Positions 10,236 through 20,361 of a stretch of DNA of 64,000 bases are shown here, piece after piece. The notes under the pieces are model-generated. The model had not been told where the DNA came from. It saw only the letters and a program-made list of their open reading frames with translations, and ran no database searches. Both the position numbers and the translations under genes were made by a program. Origin of the DNA: Nitrospinales bacterium (GTDB taxonomy: Bacteria > Nitrospinota > Nitrospinia > Nitrospinales > VA-1); NCBI GenBank assembly GCA_965223795.1, contig CBDCXL010000002.1, positions 3,186,953-3,250,952 on the forward strand, written 5' to 3'. How positions within the stretch are numbered: position 1 is the stretch's first letter; every line of letters starts with the position of its first letter.

Positions 10236-11180
10236 TCAATGCTTCAATACGGGTTTTCTGATATTGACCAAAGCGAGCGCAGTGGAGATAATCGCCTCTT
10301 CATCAATACCGTATACTTTTCTAAGATAGCTTTGGCTACCCACGATAGAGGAAAAGCCGTCCTTTAGACCTATACGGTAAAAACTTTTTGGGATCATTCC
10401 AAGGTCAAGGCATTTTTCGGCTACCAAGCTTCCTAGTCCACCTTCGATGGTGTTTTCTTCAATGGTGATGATTCCACCTGTTTCGGTGGATGCTTCTATC
10501 AGAGCTTTAATGTCAAACGGCTTTAGTGTGTGCATGCTCAGTACACGGCAATGAATTCCATATTCTGCCAGATTGTCCGCGGCCCGTAACACCACTCCTA
10601 AAATTCCACCTGTGGAGATCAGAGTCAAATCATTGCCTTCCCGCAAACGGCGTGCAATGCCGATTTGAAAGGTCTCATTGGGCCGATGCGTGTTTTCCGC
10701 ATAAGATTTGTCCAATCGCAAATACCCTGGAGTGCTTGAATTCGACATGGCTTTGGTAATCTGGCTGGCTTCCCAAAGGTCACCAGGCGCAAACACAGAT
10801 ATTTCCGGAAGTGTGCGCATAATACTTATATCCTCGGTGGCGTGATGGGAAAACCCCAATGGACCGTAGCTGAATCCTCCGCCGATTGAGACAATATTGA
10901 CGTTCGCTTGATGATAACAAGGTCCGTTCCTGATTTGTTCCAGGCACCTCAGTATCGGAAAATTAGCAATGGAATAGGTAAATACGACTCTTCCTTCCAT
11001 TGCTAAACCGGTAGCAATACCGGTCATGTTCTGTTCTGCGACTCCAACATTGAGAAAGTTTTTGGGAAATCTTTTCGCATAATCGTCAAAAACGCCGAAT
11101 CCCAAATCTCCAGTGACCAACATAATTTTGGAATTAAGTTCCGTCAAATAAGACAGCATTTTTACAAATGAATTTCTCAA
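10236..11180 (-). CDS. Transketolase-like C-terminal subunit
   Basis: NVGVAEQNM, RCLEQIR, SHHATED, TLKPFD, EENTIEGGLGS. Confidence 0.9.
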   Translation of the reverse strand: MRNSFVKMLSYLTELNSKIMLVTGDLGFGVFDDYAKRFPKNFLNVGVAEQNMTGIATGLAMEGRVVFTYSIANFPILRCLEQIRNGPCYHQANVNIVSIGGGFSYGPLGFSHHATEDISIMRTLPEISVFAPGDLWEASQITKAMSNSSTPGYLRLDKSYAENTHRPNETFQIGIARRLREGNDLTLISTGGILGVVLRAADNLAEYGIHCRVLSMHTLKPFDIKALIEASTETGGIITIEENTIEGGLGSLVAEKCLDLGMIPKSFYRIGLKDGFSSIVGSQSYLRKVYGIDEEAIISTALALVNIRKPVLKH

Positions 11181-11986
11181 AACTCTCCCTCCAATTCTTT
11201 AAGTGCTGCGGTGTATTCATCTCCTTTAGGTGTTCTGTAGTGCCATAAAACAGAATTTTCCATAAAAGAGACACCTTTACCTTTTACTGTATGAGCGATG
11301 ATGCAACTGGGTTTATCGTTTTGGAAAGGAATTTTTAATAATAAAGATCGGAGTTGATTCTGGTCGTGCCCGTCCACTTCTTCTACATGCCAACCGAAAC
11401 TTTCCCACTTTAAGGCGAACGGTTCCAGTCCAAGTGTGCTGGATACTGATGTGAGGCTTTGGAGCTTGTTGTAGTCCACAATGGCTACCAGGTTGTCCAA
11501 CTTATGATGGGATGAAAACATAATCGCCTCCCATACAGAGCCTTCATCGCATTCGCCGTCACTTAACAAAACAAATGTCCTTTGCTTGGTTTCATCCAGC
11601 TTGGCGCTGAACGCCATTCCCGCTCCAATGGATAAACCTTGACCGAGGGAGCCCGTAGAAAATTCGACACCTGGCACTCCTTTGTGAGAAACATGGCCGG
11701 ATAAATCAGAACCGTTCTGGCAATGAGTCAAAAGTTTTTTTAGTGGAAAAAATCCAAGTTCAGCCAAGACAGCATAGACACCTGCACCTGCATGTCCTTT
11801 GCTTAAGATAAATCGATCTCTTTCTGGCCAATCGGGATTCGTTGGCTGGACTTGCAGGATTTCACTGTATAAAACCGCAATGATATCAGCCATGGAAAAG
11901 ATGGAGCCAATATGCGAAGTGCCGCCCAAGTTGGCCATTTGAAGAGTGTTTTTCCGGATTTGCCTGGCAAGCTCTTTAGAGTCCAT
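11177..11986 (-). CDS. Transketolase-like N-terminal (ThDP-binding) subunit
   Basis: RDRFILSKGH, STGSLGQG, DGECDEG, DGHD, TVKGKG; 4-bp overlap with the C-terminal subunit gene. Confidence 0.9.
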   Translation of the reverse strand: MDSKELARQIRKNTLQMANLGGTSHIGSIFSMADIIAVLYSEILQVQPTNPDWPERDRFILSKGHAGAGVYAVLAELGFFPLKKLLTHCQNGSDLSGHVSHKGVPGVEFSTGSLGQGLSIGAGMAFSAKLDETKQRTFVLLSDGECDEGSVWEAIMFSSHHKLDNLVAIVDYNKLQSLTSVSSTLGLEPFALKWESFGWHVEEVDGHDQNQLRSLLLKIPFQNDKPSCIIAHTVKGKGVSFMENSVLWHYRTPKGDEYTAALKELEGEF

Positions 11987-12245
11987 AAGTCTACCTTCTG
12001 GTTCGGATAAAAACAGATGTAAAGTTCGTTAGAGGAAATGTTTGGGATTAGATTTAACAGTTGCTTTATGGTTTATGAGAATACACTCCAGCAAATGAAT
12101 GGCAATGTGGGGGGAAGTGTGCAATTGCGATAAATGCGTGTTCGCAATATTTTGATTCATTTGCCAGGATTGATTTGGAATTATGAGATGGTTCAACCTC
12201 CAATTATGTTTCTATAACCGTAAAAATGGATAAAACAATTATGAT

Positions 12246-13367
12246 CTAATTCCTTGACTCATAAAACTCACGAACTTTTTGTGAAATATAAAAAGCATCG
12301 TCTACTGTGACAAATAAATTCATGGGCAAAAGCAAAAAACGAGACGTCATATACTCGGTATTGGGCAGACTTACGTTGAATCCCAGCTTTTCATATTGAT
12401 GAATCGCCTTGCCCCCCCATTGAATGATTGTTTTTATGCCCCATTTATCCAGGTAATTGCGAAGATCGTCTCTATTGTCCGCTTCAATTTCATAGTTCTG
12501 ATAAACGTCGAAGTGGTTTGGATCGGAGTCCGGAGCTGGCGGTAAAGTGACATGTTTTAACTTTTCTAATTCTTTCTGATAAATTTGTGCCACTGATCTT
12601 CTATGTTCGATAGCCTGATCAAATGATTCGAGTTTATAGTTTAAAATGGCAGCCTGGAGATTATCCAGCCTCGAATTTGTTCCCCAACTGACGATTTCGC
12701 CTGAAGAATCCCTTCCATGATCCCGCATTAAATAAATTTTTTCTGCAATGTCATCGTCATTGGTTACAACCGCTCCTCCATCCCCAAAACAGCCTAATAA
12801 TTTTGCGGGGTAAAAACTGAATGTACCTGCGACTCCGAAAGTACCTGCGGATTTACCTTTAAATTTAGATCCGAGGGCTTGTGCTGAGTCTTCAATGATG
12901 ATCAGATTGTGCTCCTCCGCAATTTTTATTATTGGGTCCATATTGCATGTTCTTCCATTCAATTGGACCGGCATGATGGCACGGGTTTTTTGAGTGATTG
13001 CCTTTTTGATAGATATTGGATCGATTAAATGATCATCTCCGCATTCAACCAGGACAGGTTTGGCGCCAATGAAATCGACAGCGTTTGCTGAGGCAACAAA
13101 AGTGTGCGATGGGAGTATGACTTCATCCCCTGATTTAATTCCTGCGGCTTTCAAAGAAAGAAATAGAGCAGCAGTGCCATCTGCAACTCCGATAGCGTGT
13201 TTGACCCCTAAAAACTTTTTCAGGTTGACTTCAAACTCATGAAGATCCTTCTGCATGATGTAAGCTCCGCGCCGAAGCACATCCTGAAAGATCTCCATAT
13301 ATTTTTCTTCATGTGAACTGAACAGAGCAGGGTAAGGGAAAAATGGGATTGTTCGGTTTTTATCCAT
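12246..13367 (-). CDS. DegT/DnrJ/EryC1/StrS PLP-dependent sugar aminotransferase
   Basis: GTAAL, GDEVI, IEDSAQALG, SFYPAKLLG, NSRLD. Confidence 0.92.
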   Translation of the reverse strand: MDKNRTIPFFPYPALFSSHEEKYMEIFQDVLRRGAYIMQKDLHEFEVNLKKFLGVKHAIGVADGTAALFLSLKAAGIKSGDEVILPSHTFVASANAVDFIGAKPVLVECGDDHLIDPISIKKAITQKTRAIMPVQLNGRTCNMDPIIKIAEEHNLIIIEDSAQALGSKFKGKSAGTFGVAGTFSFYPAKLLGCFGDGGAVVTNDDDIAEKIYLMRDHGRDSSGEIVSWGTNSRLDNLQAAILNYKLESFDQAIEHRRSVAQIYQKELEKLKHVTLPPAPDSDPNHFDVYQNYEIEADNRDDLRNYLDKWGIKTIIQWGGKAIHQYEKLGFNVSLPNTEYMTSRFLLLPMNLFVTVDDAFYISQKVREFYESRN

Positions 13368-14221
13368 CGGAAATCACTTTAAATACAATTATTAATGCGT
13401 ATATATTATGAAATCATAATAATTTATATAAATTAGATTGGATGAAGCGGATTTTAAACAAAATTATTAACATGTCCATTAAAAACTTAATTATTACTGT
13501 GAATACTGCTGTATATAAAAGATTGGGATATCCGGACTCCTAAATTTTGGTGTCTCTTAGATGGAAGATTCTGAGGGGCGAAAGAGACTTAATAGTTTTG
13601 ATCTCAATTGCTTAGATGCATTTTAAGAAAATACTTATAGGGTTTAAGTTGGGGGAAGAGAAAAAAAGAAAAATCAAATTATTTATTTGGTGATGGGGCA
13701 AATTCCCGAATGGATGAAGGGCCTTCTTCAAAAAAGGATTCTTGAGCGGTGAAATAAATGAAATGAGAAATGCAATTTAATTATTGGGAGAAATGGTGAC
13801 TATTCCTTAAAGGTAATAATAAAGGGGGTTTTCGATGATTAAAGAATAAATTTACCAAAACAACGGGCAATAGATTTAGTGTTCAAATCATTTGAAGAAT
13901 AAAAATATTCCAATTGCATCAAAAGTAAGTAGGAGTAAAGATTGTAAAAATGGCTAATTGAAAAAAGGAAAAATGGTCGTGTTCAATATGGGAATTTATC
14001 ATCAATAAAAGCATTATCGTTTCTAATATGTTGAATAAATTGATGTAAATAAAATTTAAAATATATTAAATCTATATAAATTAGGGTGGTATAATGCCAC
14101 CCTAAATTTTTGGCCTTCATCGTTATTTTAGTTGTTTGGATCAAAGTTTCACGCGTGAAAATTGCAGAAACTTTTGAGAAGAAGTCTGTGATCACCTCCA
14201 TTAAAAGAAAAATAATAACCG

Positions 14222-15499
14222 GTGATTAATAAAGCCTTAGATCATATTTTTTCTTTTGAAATGGCCTTCACGCTATTTATTTTTGCTGGTGTATACAAGG
14301 CTTATCCACCCTATAACGCTTTCCCCATAGATTTAACTGCTTTTTTTCTGATCATTTCTTTTATTTCTGGAATTTACATTTTGTGGAAAAAAGGATTCAA
14401 GATAGGAAGAACACAAAAAATACTCGCTTATTTGGGAATAATGTTCTCTTTGTATGTCCTTTTGTCTCTTATTTGGTCACCTAGCGTTGAATATGGAAAT
14501 GCAAAAACCACTTATGTGGTTCTTCTGAATTTATATTGTCTTTTAGCGGCGTCCTTTGTGATTTCAAGTGAAATGAAACGTGTTAAACGATTTTTTATCT
14601 GTTTATTTATTTTTTCATTTTGGATAGGTGTCGAAGTATCACATTGGATATTGCCGACTTCTGATGGTTCTGAAATTGATTATGCAACGAAAATCGGAGG
14701 GGATGATTATCTGCAGATTGGAAGAATCATCGGCTTCGGAACAATACTGGCTTTTGGTTATTCGTTGTTTTATGCGCGAACCTCTTTCAAGCTGGTTCTA
14801 AGCTTAATTGTGATTTTCGTTTACTGGTACTCAATGTTTCAGATTGGAGGGAGAGGGCCTTTATTTGGGACATTTTTGGTTCCTCTTGCTTTGCTTGCCA
14901 TGTTGATATGGTCTTTTATTAAAGGTGAATATTTTAAACCTTATGTGAAAAGAATAGGCAGCTTTGTAACCGTATTCATATTATTAATTGTATGTGGAAT
15001 TATATATGGTTTTTCTCTGCCAGAACTTCCAAGAAGTCTGGATCGTGTGAGTGTTCTGTTTCAGCCTGGGATGGGGAGTTCCGCTGGGATTCGAATGGGA
15101 TACTACATTCAATCTTTTGACATATGGTCTGTGAATCCTGTATGGGGAAATGGAATCGGAAGTTGGCCACTTATGATGGGATTGGGGGATTCCCGAAACT
15201 ATCCACATAATATTATCCTGGAAATATTGACAGAATTGGGATTGGTTGGTTTTTTTCTTTTCGGTGGAATGATTGCATATTGTCTTTATGCAATGGGTGG
15301 CGTTCAGGGGATATTGGAAAATCCTATTAAAAATATTATTGTCCAGTTATTTTTGTTCGCTTTTTTAAATACTTTTTTTAGTGGTGATTTGCATGATAAC
15401 CGAAGTTTATTTTTTATCTTAGGGTTGATGAGCTTTGGTAGCCATGGGCGAATGCATGAAGTAGAAATGGCGGGTATGAATGAACAATATGTTACTTGA
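14222..15499 (+). CDS. O-antigen polymerase/ligase family membrane protein (Wzy_C)
   Basis: Many TM helices, GGRGP, R...GNGIGSW...YPHNIILEILTELGLVG. Confidence 0.85.
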   Translation: MINKALDHIFSFEMAFTLFIFAGVYKAYPPYNAFPIDLTAFFLIISFISGIYILWKKGFKIGRTQKILAYLGIMFSLYVLLSLIWSPSVEYGNAKTTYVVLLNLYCLLAASFVISSEMKRVKRFFICLFIFSFWIGVEVSHWILPTSDGSEIDYATKIGGDDYLQIGRIIGFGTILAFGYSLFYARTSFKLVLSLIVIFVYWYSMFQIGGRGPLFGTFLVPLALLAMLIWSFIKGEYFKPYVKRIGSFVTVFILLIVCGIIYGFSLPELPRSLDRVSVLFQPGMGSSAGIRMGYYIQSFDIWSVNPVWGNGIGSWPLMMGLGDSRNYPHNIILEILTELGLVGFFLFGGMIAYCLYAMGGVQGILENPIKNIIVQLFLFAFLNTFFSGDLHDNRSLFFILGLMSFGSHGRMHEVEMAGMNEQYVT

Positions 15500-17793
15500 T
15501 AGGAGGCCTTGGTTTGTACAATCCAATTCTAAACATATTTGAAAAATCGTCTAATAAAGCTCAGGGCGGAAATATTATCAGTATCATATTTAGAAGAAAA
15601 TTCATTCTATTGGGCATTATGCTGATTTTTGCAATTTTAGGTGGGGTCATCATTGTATTGACGACGCCGCTCTATCAAGCAGATGCGCTGATAATGATAG
15701 GAAATAAAAATGTCGCTGGTTTTTCTCCAAGACGATTTATGGAAAGAGTATCTCCAATGGAAGAATATTTTAATACGCAATATCGTTTATTGGGGACAAG
15801 GTCTATTGCTGAGTCGGTGATAAATAAACTGAAGCTTGATAAGAATCCTGAATTTGTAGGAGAAAAATCTAAATATTCTATTTCAAAAATTACAGATCAA
15901 ATATCCGCTGCATTTGGCGAAAAGAAGAAAAATACCAGAATAAGCAGAAATAAAACTGGCGATCCAAATTATGAAATCATACAGGAATTTTCTAATCGAT
16001 TGATTATCACACCTCTTCCAAATAGCAGTCTTGTCCGGGTCAGTTTTCGAGGTGAAAACCCGAAACTGATAGCGACCATTACGAACTCCATCGCTGAAGC
16101 TTTTATTTCCATGAATATCAAACAAATGAATTCTGGAATGGGAGCTTCCGGGGAATGGATGAAAGAAAGACTCGAAGAGCTAAAAGATAAAATGGACAAG
16201 ATTCAATCGAAAATGACTGCTTTTCGAGAAAGCACCCAGGTCATTGAATTTGAAAAAAATAGAAATATTCTTTCAGAGAATTTAAGAGATACCAATAATG
16301 AGAAAAGAAAAGTTAAGGGAGAAATATTAAAATTTAGAACAATAAAAGAGCAGCTGGAGAACATGGATGGTGATCCGATTAAGATTTTAAAATCACTTCC
16401 TGATTCTGTTAAAAGTCAAAATATTGAAGAGCTCATAAAAAAATATTCGGATGTGAAAACTGATTTCGATAAATCTTCAAAAGTATATGAAAACAGTCAT
16501 CCTAAAATGCAGGCGATGACAAAAGAATTGAATAATATTGAAAGTACCATTCCCAATGAAATTAAACTGTTGATTGAATCACTGGTTATAAAAATTGAAA
16601 ATGCGATCAATCGTGAAGCTTCATTGAAGCAATTATTGGAAAAAGAAAAACAAGATTTGATGGAGTTAGAAAATCAAAAGATTCGTTTTGACGGCTTGAA
16701 AATGGAATACGATACAAATTCCAAACTGTATAACGATCTTCTATTAAGAATGAAAGAAGTGGAGATATCTGCGAAAAACAATCAGGGGGAAGCTGAGATT
16801 GTGGATCGGGCGCAAGTTCCATTGCAGCCAATAAAACCAAAAAAGATGCTGATATTGAGTGTGTTTACGTTTTTAGGGCTGCTTAGCGGGAGTGCACTGA
16901 TTGTCAGATTAGAAAAATATAATAAAACTATCCGGTTTGTTGAGGATGTAGAAAAAGATTTCCCGTTTCCGGTTATTGGAGCAGTGAGCATAGGAGAAGC
17001 GGATGAAATACCTCTTCCGATTCATAATCGAAATTCTGTTATTGCAGAAGAGTTTAGGAAAATGCGCACTCGACTGATGCTCAGTGGATATGATGGCAGT
17101 AAGAAAATTGGATCAAAAAAAATCCTGATGATATCCAGTACCGAGCCGGATGAAGGGAAAAGTATGATTTCAACTAATTTGAGCATTGCATTCACTCAAA
17201 TTGGAAAAAAAGTACTCATTGTGGATACAGATTTCTCGAAACCTACTGTTCATAATAATTTAAATGTAGAGCTTGAGCCAGGCTTATTGGATTATCTGCG
17301 TGGTGAGGGTGAAGTTGAAAAACTAGTGCAAAAAACAAATATAAAAGGATTATCCGTATTGTCTGTGGGTGCTATGAAGGATGACTTTGAAGATAACTTC
17401 AAATTGGACAATTTGAAGAATATGTTTAAAAGTTTAAAAAAACAATTCGATATTATCATCGTGGACACACCACCGGCTTTAACATATTCGTATGTGCCGA
17501 TCATAGCGCAGGCAAGCAATGGAGTTTTATATGTCATCAAAGCAGGTAGGAAGAATACAAAAATGATCAATCGCAGTTTTGGTCATTTGTTGCCATCAGC
17601 ACAAAAGAAGATGCAGAAAAATATTTCGGGTGCCAGTTCAAATGTAAAAATGATCGATTTCTTTATGAATAACTATAAGATTATCGGAATTGTTTTAAAT
17701 AAGGCACAGTACAAAACAGATGACTATTATGAGTATTACAGAAAATACTCAAAGGATTATCAGCCCATAAGCAGTAAGGCGAATGTCGAATAG
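15496..17793 (+). CDS. wzc: Polysaccharide co-polymerase/BY-kinase (Wzc/GumC)
   Basis: Two TM segments flanking a coiled coil; Walker A EPDEGKS, IVDTD, Walker B IIVDTPP; C-terminal Tyr cluster YYEYYRKY. Confidence 0.9.
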   Translation: MIGGLGLYNPILNIFEKSSNKAQGGNIISIIFRRKFILLGIMLIFAILGGVIIVLTTPLYQADALIMIGNKNVAGFSPRRFMERVSPMEEYFNTQYRLLGTRSIAESVINKLKLDKNPEFVGEKSKYSISKITDQISAAFGEKKKNTRISRNKTGDPNYEIIQEFSNRLIITPLPNSSLVRVSFRGENPKLIATITNSIAEAFISMNIKQMNSGMGASGEWMKERLEELKDKMDKIQSKMTAFRESTQVIEFEKNRNILSENLRDTNNEKRKVKGEILKFRTIKEQLENMDGDPIKILKSLPDSVKSQNIEELIKKYSDVKTDFDKSSKVYENSHPKMQAMTKELNNIESTIPNEIKLLIESLVIKIENAINREASLKQLLEKEKQDLMELENQKIRFDGLKMEYDTNSKLYNDLLLRMKEVEISAKNNQGEAEIVDRAQVPLQPIKPKKMLILSVFTFLGLLSGSALIVRLEKYNKTIRFVEDVEKDFPFPVIGAVSIGEADEIPLPIHNRNSVIAEEFRKMRTRLMLSGYDGSKKIGSKKILMISSTEPDEGKSMISTNLSIAFTQIGKKVLIVDTDFSKPTVHNNLNVELEPGLLDYLRGEGEVEKLVQKTNIKGLSVLSVGAMKDDFEDNFKLDNLKNMFKSLKKQFDIIIVDTPPALTYSYVPIIAQASNGVLYVIKAGRKNTKMINRSFGHLLPSAQKKMQKNISGASSNVKMIDFFMNNYKIIGIVLNKAQYKTDDYYEYYRKYSKDYQPISSKANVE

Positions 17794-17837
17794 TGATAAA
17801 TATTCCCATTTAGAAATGAATCAGAAGAAAAGCAGTA

Positions 17838-19343
17838 ATGATTAGGGTCAGTCCATTTTTAAAGGATTTTCTCCAAACTGGATTGTCATCTGTAATTGTG
17901 ATGATTTCCTATGTGGGTGTTTATCATTTACTCGCAGCTGGGTTATCGGTGGACGATTTTGGAGCGTATCTTATATCAAGACGTTTTATTTCTACGTTGT
18001 TTCCTGTCACTACGCTGTGCATGGGAATTGCGATAACTCGGTATATTTCGATAACAAGTGAGCAGGATAGCAAAGAGGTAATATTATTTTACGGATTTAT
18101 TCTATCTGTGGCTCCTTGTCTATTCATTTACATATTGGGAGTGTCGTTAGATGAAACATTAAGCGAATTGATATTTCAATCAAGCGATTACTCTAACGTA
18201 TTTTCCGCAACTCTGTTTTTTCTGTTGGGCTACAGCATCTATTCAGTATTGTATGCCTATTACAGGGGCGACGATAAAATCATTAAAGCAAATTACTGGA
18301 ATGCAATCTGCGGGGGGATTGCTCCTATTGCCATTTGTTTTATATTTGCAGATCTGGGTGAAGCCAGTCTAATTCTGTATTGGATAGGCGGATTTTATTA
18401 CTTTGCGTTGATACCACTCATACCCCCGCTGATACGATATTTAAAGAAATTAACTGGCGAATATTCAATAGAATCGCATAAAAACAGATTCATTGAATTG
18501 ATTAAGTATGGGTTGCCTCGTGTTCCATCTGGAATACTTATTGCGGGATTATTATCCATTGGCCCATTTTGGGCTTCATCCATGTTATCGGTCCGTGAGG
18601 GCGGGTTTTTGGCATTGGCATTATCGGTTGTGGGCATGGTCAGTGCGGTGACACTTCCAATGGGTATTGTATTGCTCCCAAAAATTGGACGTTTGATGTC
18701 GGAAGGAAAAAAAGAAACAATTCAAAGTGGTTTATCAGAAATAATCTCATTTTCATTCTATTTGGGGATATTCAGCACCCTGCATTTGATTATTTGGGCT
18801 GATGAAATTGTAAAGTTATGGTTTGGGCCTGAATATACCGAAGTAGTATTTTTGATGCGAGTCAGTCTATTTGCTCTGACTCCATATCTCATTCTTACCA
18901 TGTTGGGCCCTTGTGTGGATGCGGTTGAACGTAAAGCTATAAACACAAGGAACAATTCGATATCTTTAAGTATCGTTTTTATATTATTAGTTTTATCGAC
19001 AATCAATGACTATGGAATTGTAGGTATTAATATTTCAGTACTTATGGGATTTGTAATTTCAGCAGCTTTGGCTGTCCGTTTTTTAAATATTAAGTATCCA
19101 ATAAATTTTAGAAATATTTCATTCGTCAATTGTCTATCGATAAATATATTGTTTTTTGTTGTGGGTTTATTGGGGAAATATGGAATTGAAAAAATCACAA
19201 CGGGTATTGGCTACTTGCTAATTGGAATTGTTTTAGAACTACTTTTGCTGTTCGCATACTATGCGCTGTTGTGGAAACAGGAGGTGAGCTGGACGTTAGA
19301 AATCGGGGGGAGAATATTCAAACCCGCTGCAAGCTCCAGCTGA
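17838..19343 (+). CDS. Oligosaccharide flippase (Wzx/MOP family)
   Basis: ~500 aa polytopic membrane protein, DFGAY..., LPKI pattern, position in the cluster. Confidence 0.8.
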   Translation: MIRVSPFLKDFLQTGLSSVIVMISYVGVYHLLAAGLSVDDFGAYLISRRFISTLFPVTTLCMGIAITRYISITSEQDSKEVILFYGFILSVAPCLFIYILGVSLDETLSELIFQSSDYSNVFSATLFFLLGYSIYSVLYAYYRGDDKIIKANYWNAICGGIAPIAICFIFADLGEASLILYWIGGFYYFALIPLIPPLIRYLKKLTGEYSIESHKNRFIELIKYGLPRVPSGILIAGLLSIGPFWASSMLSVREGGFLALALSVVGMVSAVTLPMGIVLLPKIGRLMSEGKKETIQSGLSEIISFSFYLGIFSTLHLIIWADEIVKLWFGPEYTEVVFLMRVSLFALTPYLILTMLGPCVDAVERKAINTRNNSISLSIVFILLVLSTINDYGIVGINISVLMGFVISAALAVRFLNIKYPINFRNISFVNCLSINILFFVVGLLGKYGIEKITTGIGYLLIGIVLELLLLFAYYALLWKQEVSWTLEIGGRIFKPAASSS

Positions 19344-19359
19344 ATAAGGATGTTTTGGA

Positions 19360-20334
19360 ATGATTAATCAAGAATCTTCATACACACTTATTTTGACGCA
19401 TGATGTGGATCATTTGGCATTAAAAAAGTATCCAATATTTTCAAAGGACACGATTTCATTTTTTAAAAGATGTCTTTTTAATAATTTTATAAGGCTTTTT
19501 AAAAAAGACATTTCTTATGAAAAATATTTAGATTCGATTAAATGGTGCGTTGCGTATCCTTTAATTAAAGCCGGCAAATCAGAAGATCCTTGGGAAAAGG
19601 CAATTGCCGATATCATGGCATTGGAAAAGAAATATGAGGCTAGGTCAACATTTTTTTTTATACCCATGCCACATAATCCGGGGCATAAGTCAAAAGGTGT
19701 CAGGGACGATGATAACAGAGAAGCAAAATACGATATCCAAGACTATAAGTCTTTATTGGAAGAAATAGAAAAAGAAGGTTTTGAATCCGGAGTTCATGGA
19801 ATCGACTCCCATATCGATTCAGAATGTGCAAGGGCTGAATTGAATCTTTTAAAAAAGGTACTGCCTTATAAAGAAAATTTTGGACTTAGAATGCATTGGC
19901 TTTATCAGCCTGAGAGTTTATGGAGAAACTTGCAAGAAGCCGGCTTCTTATATGATGCGACATGTGGAAGTAATGAGGAGGTCGGTTTTTTTGAAGATCA
20001 ATATGAGCCGTTTTTGAGGGATGGAATTTGGGTGTTTCCTCTGACAATCATGGATAGCACTATATTGGGAAATTGGCGTATGGGTTTAACCATGGAAGAA
20101 TCTTGGTTAAGAATTGAAGAGATATTAGAGGAAGCAAAAGAAAAAAGATGTGTGGTTACCGTAAATTGGCATACGGACCATTTTTATGTCTATGATTACT
20201 GGGGAGAAGTGTACGAGCGTATTTTAAAAAAAGCAAAAGATGATGGTGCTCAAATTATGAATTGCATCGATTATATTAAAGCTAATACTGAAAATAAAAC
20301 TAGTCAAAGAGCGGATATTCAAGTTGGTACATAA
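19360..20334 (+). CDS. Polysaccharide deacetylase-like protein
   Basis: LTHDVD, STFFF, GVHG, RMHWL, YDAT, PLTIMD, WH. Confidence 0.8.
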   Translation: MINQESSYTLILTHDVDHLALKKYPIFSKDTISFFKRCLFNNFIRLFKKDISYEKYLDSIKWCVAYPLIKAGKSEDPWEKAIADIMALEKKYEARSTFFFIPMPHNPGHKSKGVRDDDNREAKYDIQDYKSLLEEIEKEGFESGVHGIDSHIDSECARAELNLLKKVLPYKENFGLRMHWLYQPESLWRNLQEAGFLYDATCGSNEEVGFFEDQYEPFLRDGIWVFPLTIMDSTILGNWRMGLTMEESWLRIEEILEEAKEKRCVVTVNWHTDHFYVYDYWGEVYERILKKAKDDGAQIMNCIDYIKANTENKTSQRADIQVGT

Positions 20335-20361
20335 GGTATAACTATTAGGCTGAGTGCATTT

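Noticed and set aside
13368..14221. Possible gene remnant or ncRNA in the long AT-rich spacer
   Set aside because: No recognisable ORF, riboswitch or ops/JUMPstart motif by eye; treated as a divergent promoter region.
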